From: Trypanosoma brucei | Lineage: Eukaryota | DNA: 64,000 nucleotides | Assembly: GCA_000002445.1 (NCBI GenBank) | Contig: CP000068.1 | Coordinates: 1,216,001-1,280,000 of the forward strand | Direction of reading: 5' to 3' | Part shown: piece by piece, positions 53,308-62,092 of the stretch | Layout of the letters: each line of letters opens with the position of its first letter | Numbering within the stretch: the first letter of the stretch is position 1 | Program-made: the position numbers and the translations under genes | Notes under the pieces: generated by a model | Database searches by the model: none | What the model saw: the letters and a program-made list of their open reading frames with translations, nothing else | What the model was told of the DNA's origin: nothing

Positions 53308-53601
53308 TGGCACCGTGCAGCGGACTCCCCTCAATATTTTACTCTAATAATTCTTATACTTTTGAGGTACAATGCTTTTTAAACAGCCCCCAATTAAAGG
53401 CTGCGTTCAGCTTTATTAAAAAGGAGAGAGGTAGAACAAGAACGTTACGGATTTCTTTAAACAAACGAAAGGCTTCATCTATGCAGAAAACAAACATTGA
53501 CTGAGTAATATTTCAGTGACTCCGTATATCACACTTGAAACGAACAAAACTTAACGATGGTCCCCACGACGCAGCACCAACTTGAGACACCTACAATAAC
53601 C

Positions 53602-54750
53602 TCAAAGGAAACGGCCGATGAGTTCCTTGAAGGGACAATCGGGGGCGGTAACTTCATCTGCTGCTACTCTTGCAACCACAAGCTCACCACTCTGAGGTTT
53701 CCGCACCGCTGCAGGAACCGCTGGTCCCAGACCACTTGCACACACTTTCGCTACTTGAATAACACGCGCAGCGGGGAAAGTACTACAAAAGGAAGAAAAA
53801 TGAGTTACCCCGCACTCCTCACTCCTGGGTTCCTCCCTTCCAGATATCGGTTGCTCCGGATTTTTACGCAAATTCTCTAATCCTATGCGAAGTGATTCCA
53901 AGGAGCCCAACAGTGCCACGCCTATGAATCCACCAGACTCATGAAGAACAATCCCCATTGAGGACTCCACAACCTCCGGGCTACAGCCACACTCCGCATC
54001 ACGGCATCGCCACCACAGCTTTTGGACTTCCACTACAAGACCAAACAGTGGAAGCGACCTCAAAAGTAATAAAGGGTGGGGTATTTTCTCGCCACTATTT
54101 AATTTATCGTTCCATATCACACACAACCTTCTTTTGTATAGATCACGATATCTGACAACTGACGCAACGGCACCCCAAAAAAGAGTGTCGAGTCCCGCGC
54201 TTGCGGCTGAATGGTCAAAACTACCAAGTACACTAGCCTCTTTCTTCAGCATCCGTTTCCTATAACATCTCACTCGCTTCGATCCACCAGGCAGCGATTC
54301 CGCCTTAAACAGTTTAAACAAAAGAACTGCCTTAGTTATGCCGCGACAAGCTGCAAATACCTTTCTACCAGTAATTGCTCTACCAGGCGCTACGACAGAT
54401 GCCCCATGAGACATTACGGGCAAGACATTACCAACCTTGCACGAAAACAACGAGTTCTTCGGCTCAACGGAAGATTTTGCACTAACATTAGAAGGAACAA
54501 TGTATTTACAACGTTTCCTTCTTCTAAACCTAGCAGACGACCGCACATTAACGTAAAAAGGATTAACACCCCTTTTAACTGAGTTCACCAAACTATCGTG
54601 TGCCACATTTCTATTCTTCTTACGAAGCACAACAGAAGAACCATCACCCCCACAACTCCTATATAAAGAAAGTTTATCAATAATTTCATCAACAACATCA
54701 CCTACAGAACACTCATTCCCATCCTTATCAAAAACAAGAGAAGAATTCAT
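53602..54750 (-). CDS. Hypothetical protein, 382 aa.
   Basis: ATG at 54748-54750; a long ORF immediately downstream (in the transcription sense) of the histone array. Basic and Cys-rich in places. No confident family. Confidence 0.45.
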   Translation of the reverse strand: MNSSLVFDKDGNECSVGDVVDEIIDKLSLYRSCGGDGSSVVLRKKNRNVAHDSLVNSVKRGVNPFYVNVRSSARFRRRKRCKYIVPSNVSAKSSVEPKNSLFSCKVGNVLPVMSHGASVVAPGRAITGRKVFAACRGITKAVLLFKLFKAESLPGGSKRVRCYRKRMLKKEASVLGSFDHSAASAGLDTLFWGAVASVVRYRDLYKRRLCVIWNDKLNSGEKIPHPLLLLRSLPLFGLVVEVQKLWWRCRDAECGCSPEVVESSMGIVLHESGGFIGVALLGSLESLRIGLENLRKNPEQPISGREEPRSEECGVTHFSSFCSTFPAARVIQVAKVCASGLGPAVPAAVRKPQSGELVVARVAADEVTAPDCPFKELIGRFL

Positions 54751-54988
54751 CTAAACAAAAAAAAATAAATAAAGAAGCTAATCGCATCTCCAGATGATCT
54801 AGTGAGGAGTGTATGGCACAGAAGGGAAGTTAAAATAAAGTAAAGTGAGAAAAATGGAAAGAAAAAAGATATATCTTTGGTGAGGCAGAGGAGGGATGTT
54901 ACCATTACGGTGTATCAACCTCCTGGCCATCTGCTATCTAAGTGCGGAGCGGCAATAACGCCGTCTCAACGAACACACGTCTTGTGCA

Positions 54989-55291
54989 TTATGCATAACC
55001 GTACAGAATCTTGCCGCGCTTGCGAAGCGCATTGACCACGTCAACAGCCGTTACAGTTTTTTTGCGGGAGTACTCAGTGTATGCCGTCGCATCACGAACA
55101 ACACCCTCCACAAATGACTTTAGCACACCACGCACCTCGTCGTAGATAACGCCAGAGATGCGTTTCACTCCACCACGGCGGGCGAGGCGGCGGATGGAAC
55201 CGCGGGTGATTCCGCGCACATTCTCACGGAGGACCTTCTTCTGGCGCTTCTGCGATCCCTTAGCCTCACCACTCTTCTTACCCTTCGCCAT
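54989..55291 (-). CDS. H4: Histone H4 (copy 1).
   Basis: 100-aa product [100 protein letters not shown]. This is the trypanosomatid H4 signature with a conserved histone-fold core. The ATG is at 55289-55291. The 170-aa ORF-track entry is an upstream in-frame extension through the spacer. Confidence 0.95.
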   Translation of the reverse strand: MAKGKKSGEAKGSQKRQKKVLRENVRGITRGSIRRLARRGGVKRISGVIYDEVRGVLKSFVEGVVRDATAYTEYSRKKTVTAVDVVNALRKRGKILYGYA

Positions 55292-55353
55292 ATTGTATGT
55301 GCTGTTTGTGCTTGTAGTTTGCTTTCTGTACATCAGAACATACACATGTAACG

Positions 55354-55386
55354 TAAGAGAAAGGGATGAAGAAGGAGGAGTTGAAA
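55354..55386 (-). promoter_or_regulatory. Representative polypyrimidine tract (read on the - strand) plus downstream AG acceptors upstream of each H4 CDS. It repeats at +736 n in most units.
   Basis: The reverse complement reads ttcaactcctccttcttcatccctttctcttac, followed by ...acAGaaagcaaactacaAGcacaaacagcacatacaatATG. This is the kinetoplastid trans-splicing signal arrangement, implying a 5' UTR of about 30-45 nt. Confidence 0.5.
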
Positions 55387-55724
55387 TGGGAATAGTAGAA
55401 TCACTAAAAGAAATGGCAGAGTGTGGTGGCACGGCACAGGCCCGCATTCGGATATTTGTGCCCGCGCAACTCACACAGAGAGATTTGTGCGGCCACAACA
55501 AGAAAATGGCACCGCAATCGCATCTCCAGATGATCTAGTGAGGAGTGTATGGCACAGAAGGGAAGTTAAAATAAAGTAAAGTGAGAAAAATGGAAAGAAA
55601 AAAGATATATCTTTGGTGAGGCAGAGGAGGGATGTTACCATTACGGTGTATCAACCTCCTGGCCATCTGCTATCTAAGTGCGGAGCGGCAACAACGCCGT
55701 CTCAACGAACACACCTCTTGTGCA

Positions 55725-56027
55725 TTATGCATAACCGTACAGAATCTTGCCGCGCTTGCGAAGCGCATTGACCACGTCAACAGCCGTTACAGTTTTTTTG
55801 CGGGAGTACTCAGTGTATGCCGTCGCATCACGAACAACACCCTCCACGAATGACTTTAGCACACCACGCACCTCGTCGTAGATAACGCCAGAGATGCGTT
55901 TCACTCCACCACGGCGGGCGAGGCGGCGGATGGAACCGCGGGTGATTCCGCGCACATTCTCACGGAGGACCTTCTTCTGGCGCTTCTGCGATCCCTTAGC
56001 CTCACCACTCTTCTTACCCTTCGCCAT
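55725..56027 (-). CDS. H4: Histone H4 (copy 2).
   Basis: Identical 100-aa product; 736-bp offset. Confidence 0.95.
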   Translation of the reverse strand: MAKGKKSGEAKGSQKRQKKVLRENVRGITRGSIRRLARRGGVKRISGVIYDEVRGVLKSFVEGVVRDATAYTEYSRKKTVTAVDVVNALRKRGKILYGYA

Positions 56028-56460
56028 ATTGTATGTGCTGTTTGTGCTTGTAGTTTGCTTTCTGTACATCAGAACATACACATGTAACGTAAGAGAAAGG
56101 GATGAAGAAGGAGGAGTTGAAATGGGAACAGTAGAATCACTAAAAGAAATGGCAGAGTGTGATGGCACGGCACAGGCCCGCATTCGGATATTTGTGCCCG
56201 CGCAACTCACACAGAGAGATTTGTGCGGCCACAACAAGAAAATGGCACCGCAATCGCATCTCCAGATGATCTAGTGAGGAGTGTATGGCACAGAAGGGAA
56301 GTTAAAATAAAGTAAAGTGAGAAAAATGGAAAGAAAAAAGATATATCTTTGGTGAGGCAGAGGAGGGATGTTACCATTACGGTGTATCAACCTCCTGGCC
56401 ATCTGCTATCTAAGTGCGGAGCGGCAATAACGCCGTCTCAACGAACACACGTCTTGTGCA

Positions 56461-56763
56461 TTATGCATAACCGTACAGAATCTTGCCGCGCTTGCGAAGC
56501 GCATTGACCACGTCAACAGCCGTTACAGTCTTTTTGCGGGAGTACTCAGTGTATGCCGTCGCATCACGAACAACACCCTCCACAAATGACTTTAGCACAC
56601 CACGCACCTCGTCGTAGATAACGCCAGAGATGCGTTTCACTCCACCACGGCGGGCGAGGCGGCGGATGGAACCGCGGGTGATTCCGCGCACATTCTCACG
56701 GAGGACCTTCTTCTGGCGCTTCTGCGATCCCTTAGCCTCACCACTCTTCTTACCCTTCGCCAT
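56461..56763 (-). CDS. H4: Histone H4 (copy 3).
   Basis: Identical 100-aa product. It carries the synonymous aaa to aag variant (the + strand reads cagtcttttt instead of cagttttttt). Confidence 0.95.
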   Translation of the reverse strand: MAKGKKSGEAKGSQKRQKKVLRENVRGITRGSIRRLARRGGVKRISGVIYDEVRGVLKSFVEGVVRDATAYTEYSRKKTVTAVDVVNALRKRGKILYGYA

Positions 56764-57196
56764 ATTGTATGTGCTGTTTGTGCTTGTAGTTTGCTTTCTG
56801 TACATCAGAACATACACATGTAACGTAAGAGAAAGGGATGAAGAAGGAGGAGTTGAAATGGGAACAGTAGAATCACTAAAAGAAATGGCAGAGTGTGGTG
56901 GCACGGCACAGGCCCGCATTCGGATATTTGTGCCCGCGCAACTCACACAGAGAGATTTGTGCGGCCACAACAAGAAAATGGCACCGCAATCGCATCTCCA
57001 GATGATCTAGTGAGGAGTGTATGGCACAGAAGGGAAGTTAAAATAAAGTAAAGTGAGAAAAATGGAAAGAAAAAAGATATATCTTTGGTGAGGCAGAGGA
57101 GGGATGTTACCATTACGGTGTATCAACCTCCTGGCCATCTGCTATCTAAGTGCGGAGCGGCAACAACGCCGTCTCAACGAACACACCTCTTGTGCA

Positions 57197-57499
57197 TTAT
57201 GCATAACCGTACAGAATCTTGCCGCGCTTGCGAAGCGCATTGACCACGTCAACAGCCGTTACAGTTTTTTTGCGGGAGTACTCAGTGTATGCCGTCGCAT
57301 CACGAACAACACCCTCCACAAATGACTTTAGCACACCACGCACCTCGTCGTAGATAACGCCAGAGATGCGTTTCACTCCACCACGGCGGGCGAGGCGGCG
57401 GATGGAACCGCGGGTGATTCCGCGCACATTCTCACGGAGGACCTTCTTCTGGCGCTTCTGCGATCCCTTAGCCTCACCACTCTTCTTACCCTTCGCCAT
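57197..57499 (-). CDS. H4: Histone H4 (copy 4).
   Basis: Identical 100-aa product; 736-bp offset. Confidence 0.95.
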   Translation of the reverse strand: MAKGKKSGEAKGSQKRQKKVLRENVRGITRGSIRRLARRGGVKRISGVIYDEVRGVLKSFVEGVVRDATAYTEYSRKKTVTAVDVVNALRKRGKILYGYA

Positions 57500-57932
57500 A
57501 TTGTATGTGCTGTTTGTGCTTGTAGTTTGCTTTCTGTACATCAGAACATACACATGTAACGTAAGAGAAAGGGATGAAGAAGGAGGAGTTGAAATGGGAA
57601 TAGTAGAATCACTAAAAGAAATGGCAGAGTGTGATGGCACGGCACAGGCCCGCATTCGGATATTTGTGCCCGCGCAACTCACACAGAGAGATTTGTGCGG
57701 CCACAACAAGAAAATGGCACCGCAATCGCATCTCCAGATGATCTAGTGAGGAGTGTATGGCACAGAAGGGAAGTTAAAATAAAGTAAAGTGAGAAAAATG
57801 GAAAGAAAAAAGATATATCTTTGGTGAGGCAGAGGAGGGATGTTACCATTACGGTGTATCAACCTCCTGGCCATCTGCTATCTAAGTGCGGAGCGGCAAT
57901 AACGCCGTCTCAACGAACACACCTCTTGTGCA

Positions 57933-58235
57933 TTATGCATAACCGTACAGAATCTTGCCGCGCTTGCGAAGCGCATTGACCACGTCAACAGCCGTTACAG
58001 TCTTTTTGCGGGAGTACTCAGTGTATGCCGTCGCATCACGAACAACACCCTCCACAAATGACTTTAGCACACCACGCACCTCGTCGTAGATAACGCCAGA
58101 GATGCGTTTCACTCCACCACGGCGGGCGAGGCGGCGGATGGAACCGCGGGTGATTCCGCGCACATTCTCACGGAGGACCTTCTTCTGGCGCTTCTGCGAT
58201 CCCTTAGCCTCACCACTCTTCTTACCCTTCGCCAT
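57933..58235 (-). CDS. H4: Histone H4 (copy 5).
   Basis: Identical 100-aa product; synonymous variant as in copy 3; a unit-specific spacer SNP (ggctac instead of ggccac, near 58437). Confidence 0.95.
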   Translation of the reverse strand: MAKGKKSGEAKGSQKRQKKVLRENVRGITRGSIRRLARRGGVKRISGVIYDEVRGVLKSFVEGVVRDATAYTEYSRKKTVTAVDVVNALRKRGKILYGYA

Positions 58236-58668
58236 ATTGTATGTGCTGTTTGTGCTTGTAGTTTGCTTTCTGTACATCAGAACATACACATGTAACGTAA
58301 GAGAAAGGGATGAAGAAGGAGGAGTTGAAATGGGAATAGTAGAATCACTAAAAGAAATGGCAGAGTGTGGTGGCACGGCACAGGCCCGCATTCGGATATT
58401 TGTGCCCGCGCAACTCACACAGAGAGATTTGTGCGGCTACAACAAGAAAATGGCACCGCAATCGCATCTCCAGATGATCTAGTGAGGAGTGTATGGCACA
58501 GAAGGGAAGTTAAAATAAAGTAAAGTGAGAAAAATGGAAAGAAAAAAGATATATCTTTGGTGAGGCAGAGGAGGGATGTTACCATTACGGTGTATCAACC
58601 TCCTGGCCATCTGCTATCTAAGTGCGGAGCGGCAATAACGCCGTCTCAACGAACACACGTCTTGTGCA

Positions 58669-58971
58669 TTATGCATAACCGTACAGAATCTTGCCGCGCT
58701 TGCGAAGCGCATTGACCACGTCAACAGCCGTTACAGTCTTTTTGCGGGAGTACTCAGTGTATGCCGTCGCATCACGAACAACACCCTCCACAAATGACTT
58801 TAGCACACCACGCACCTCGTCGTAGATAACGCCAGAGATGCGTTTCACTCCACCACGGCGGGCGAGGCGGCGGATGGAACCGCGGGTGATTCCGCGCACA
58901 TTCTCACGGAGGACCTTCTTCTGGCGCTTCTGCGATCCCTTAGCCTCACCACTCTTCTTACCCTTCGCCAT
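58669..58971 (-). CDS. H4: Histone H4 (copy 6).
   Basis: Identical 100-aa product; synonymous variant as in copy 3. Confidence 0.95.
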   Translation of the reverse strand: MAKGKKSGEAKGSQKRQKKVLRENVRGITRGSIRRLARRGGVKRISGVIYDEVRGVLKSFVEGVVRDATAYTEYSRKKTVTAVDVVNALRKRGKILYGYA

Positions 58972-59404
58972 ATTGTATGTGCTGTTTGTGCTTGTAGTTT
59001 GCTTTCTGTACATCAGAACATACACATGTAACGTAAGAGAAAGGGATGAAGAAGGAGGAGTTGAAATGGGAATAGTAGAATCACTAAAAGAAATGGCAGA
59101 GTGTGATGGCACGGCACAGGCCCGCATTCGGATATTTGTGCCCGCGCAACTCACACAGAGAGATTTGTGCGGCCACAACAAGAAAATGGCACCGCAATCG
59201 CATCTCCAGATGATCTAGTGAGGAGTGTATGGCACAGAAGGGAAGTTAAAATAAAGTAAAGTGAGAAAAATGGAAAGAAAAAAGATATATCTTTGGTGAG
59301 GCAGAGGAGGGATGTTACCATTACGGTGTATCAACCTCCTGGCCATCTGCTATCTAAGTGCGGAGCGGCAATAACGCCGTCTCAACGAACACACCTCTTG
59401 TGCA

Positions 59405-59707
59405 TTATGCATAACCGTACAGAATCTTGCCGCGCTTGCGAAGCGCATTGACCACGTCAACAGCCGTTACAGTCTTTTTGCGGGAGTACTCAGTGTATGC
59501 CGTCGCATCACGAACAACACCCTCCACAAATGACTTTAGCACACCACGCACCTCGTCGTAGATAACGCCAGAGATGCGTTTCACTCCACCACGGCGGGCG
59601 AGGCGGCGGATGGAACCGCGGGTGATTCCGCGCACATTCTCACGGAGGACCTTCTTCTGGCGCTTCTGCGATCCCTTAGCCTCACCACTCTTCTTACCCT
59701 TCGCCAT
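59405..59707 (-). CDS. H4: Histone H4 (copy 7).
   Basis: Identical 100-aa product; synonymous variant as in copy 3. Confidence 0.95.
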   Translation of the reverse strand: MAKGKKSGEAKGSQKRQKKVLRENVRGITRGSIRRLARRGGVKRISGVIYDEVRGVLKSFVEGVVRDATAYTEYSRKKTVTAVDVVNALRKRGKILYGYA

Positions 59708-60140
59708 ATTGTATGTGCTGTTTGTGCTTGTAGTTTGCTTTCTGTACATCAGAACATACACATGTAACGTAAGAGAAAGGGATGAAGAAGGAGGAGTTGA
59801 AATGGGAATAGTAGAATCACTAAAAGAAATGGCAGAGTGTGATGGCACGGCACAGGCCCGCATTCGGATATTTGTGCCCGCGCAACTCACACAGAGAGAT
59901 TTGTGCGGCCACAACAAGAAAATGGCACCGCAATCGCATCTCCAGATGATCTAGTGAGGAGTGTATGGCACAGAAGGGAAGTTAAAATAAAGTAAAGTGA
60001 GAAAAATGGAAAGAAAAAAGATATATCTTTGGTGAGGCAGAGGAGGGATGTTACCATTACGGTGTATCAACCTCCTGGCCATCTGCTATCTAAGTGCGGA
60101 GCGGCAATAACGCCGTCTCAACGAACACACCTCTTGTGCA

Positions 60141-60443
60141 TTATGCATAACCGTACAGAATCTTGCCGCGCTTGCGAAGCGCATTGACCACGTCAACAGC
60201 CGTTACAGTTTTTTTGCGGGAGTACTCAGTGTATGCCGTCGCATCACGAACAACACCCTCCACAAATGACTTTAGCACACCACGCACCTCGTCGTAGATA
60301 ACGCCAGAGATGCGTTTCACTCCACCACGGCGGGCGAGGCGGCGGATGGAACCGCGGGTGATTCCGCGCACATTCTCACGGAGGACCTTCTTCTGGCGCT
60401 TCTGCGATCCCTTAGCCTCACCACTCTTCTTACCCTTCGCCAT
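60141..60443 (-). CDS. H4: Histone H4 (copy 8).
   Basis: Identical 100-aa product; 736-bp offset. Confidence 0.95.
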   Translation of the reverse strand: MAKGKKSGEAKGSQKRQKKVLRENVRGITRGSIRRLARRGGVKRISGVIYDEVRGVLKSFVEGVVRDATAYTEYSRKKTVTAVDVVNALRKRGKILYGYA

Positions 60444-60876
60444 ATTGTATGTGCTGTTTGTGCTTGTAGTTTGCTTTCTGTACATCAGAACATACACATG
60501 TAACGTAAGAGAAAGGGATGAAGAAGGAGGAGTTGAAATGGGAATAGTAGAATCACTAAAAGAAATGGCAGAGTGTGGTGGCACGGCACAGGCCCGCATT
60601 CGGATATTTGTGCCCGCGCAACTCACACAGAGAGATTTGTGCGGCCACAACAAGAAAATGGCACCGCAATCGCATCTCCAGATGATCTAGTGAGGAGTGT
60701 ATGGCACAGAAGGGAAGTTAAAATAAAGTAAAGTGAGAAAAATGGAAAGAAAAAAGACATATCTTTGGTGAGGCAGAGGAGGGATGTTACCATTACGGTG
60801 TATCAACCTCCTGGCCATCTGCTATCTAAGTGCGGAGCGGCAATAACGCCGTCTCAACGAACACACCTCTTGTGCA

Positions 60877-61179
60877 TTATGCATAACCGTACAGAATCTT
60901 GCCGCGCTTGCGAAGCGCATTGACCACGTCAACAGCCGTTACAGTTTTTTTGCGGGAGTACTCAGTGTATGCCGTCGCATCACGAACAACACCCTCCACA
61001 AATGACTTTAGCACACCACGCACCTCGTCGTAGATAACGCCAGAGATGCGTTTCACTCCACCACGGCGGGCGAGGCGGCGGATGGAACCGCGGGTGATTC
61101 CGCGCACATTCTCACGGAGGACCTTCTTCTGGCGCTTCTGCGATCCCTTAGCCTCACCACTCTTCTTACCCTTCGCCAT
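60877..61179 (-). CDS. H4: Histone H4 (copy 9).
   Basis: Identical 100-aa product; 736-bp offset. Confidence 0.95.
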   Translation of the reverse strand: MAKGKKSGEAKGSQKRQKKVLRENVRGITRGSIRRLARRGGVKRISGVIYDEVRGVLKSFVEGVVRDATAYTEYSRKKTVTAVDVVNALRKRGKILYGYA

Positions 61180-61612
61180 ATTGTATGTGCTGTTTGTGCT
61201 TGTAGTTTGCTTTCTGTACATCAGAACATACACATGTAACGTAAGAGAAAGGGATGAAGAAGGAGGAGTTGAAATGGGAATAGTAGAATCACTAAAAGAA
61301 ATGGCAGAGTGTGGTGGCACGGCACAGGCCCGCATTCGGATATTTGTGCCCGCGCAACTCACACAGAGAGATTTGTGCGGCCACAACAAGAAAATGGCAC
61401 CGCAATCGCATCTCCAGATGATCTAGTGAGGAGTGTATGGCACAGAAGGGAAGTTAAAATAAAGTAAAGTGAGAAAAATGGAAAGAAAAAAGATATATCT
61501 TTGGTGAGGCAGAGGAGGGATGTTACCATTACGGTGTATCAACCTCCTGGCCATCTGCTATCTAAGTGCGGAGCGGCAATAACGCCGTCTCAACGAACAC
61601 ACCTCTTGTGCA

Positions 61613-61915
61613 TTATGCATAACCGTACAGAATCTTGCCGCGCTTGCGAAGCGCATTGACCACGTCAACAGCCGTTACAGTTTTTTTGCGGGAGTACTCA
61701 GTGTATGCCGTCGCATCACGAACAACACCCTCCACAAATGACTTTAGCACACCACGCACCTCGTCGTAGATAACGCCAGAGATGCGTTTCACTCCACCAC
61801 GGCGGGCGAGGCGGCGGATGGAACCGCGGGTGATTCCGCGCACATTCTCACGGAGGACCTTCTTCTGGCGCTTCTGCGATCCCTTAGCCTCACCACTCTT
61901 CTTACCCTTCGCCAT
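61613..61915 (-). CDS. H4: Histone H4 (copy 10, the promoter-proximal and most upstream unit).
   Basis: Identical 100-aa product. The distal 5' flank diverges from the other units beyond about 61990. Confidence 0.95.
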   Translation of the reverse strand: MAKGKKSGEAKGSQKRQKKVLRENVRGITRGSIRRLARRGGVKRISGVIYDEVRGVLKSFVEGVVRDATAYTEYSRKKTVTAVDVVNALRKRGKILYGYA

Positions 61916-62092
61916 ATTGTATGTGCTTTTTGTGCTTGTAGTTTGCTTTCTGTACATCAGAACATACACATGTAACGTAAGAGAAAGGGATTAAAAAAGG
62001 CATACGTGCTGTGTAGAAAGTTTCATTAATTAACTTTTTTTGATACTTATGTTTGGATTTGTTTTTTTCTTTTCGTTGCGGTATTGGTTATT

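Larger units (their letters stand above)
54779..61992 (-). repeat. Tandem array of ten histone H4 gene units. The period is 736 bp (303-bp CDS plus 433-bp spacer), head-to-tail, transcribed on the - strand.
   Basis: Ten CDS copies at a constant 736-bp offset. Spacer homology begins at about 54779 (aatcgcatctccagatg...) and is lost at about 61992, where the distal flank becomes gggattaaaaaagg instead of gggatgaagaagg. Copies are more than 98% identical. Confidence 0.95.

Noticed and set aside
54989-55501. 170-aa versions of the H4 ORFs in the track.
   Set aside because: An in-frame upstream extension through the spacer. The conserved histone H4 begins at the internal MAKGKK, giving 100 aa. 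The extension carries the unit-to-unit SNPs, which a histone N-terminus would not tolerate.
55158-55538. 126-aa + strand ORFs recurring in every H4 unit (for example 55158-55538, 55894-56274, and so on).
   Set aside because: They are the antisense shadow of the H4 CDS plus spacer. They are hydrophobic and low-complexity, have no motif, and lie in the wrong orientation for the polycistron.
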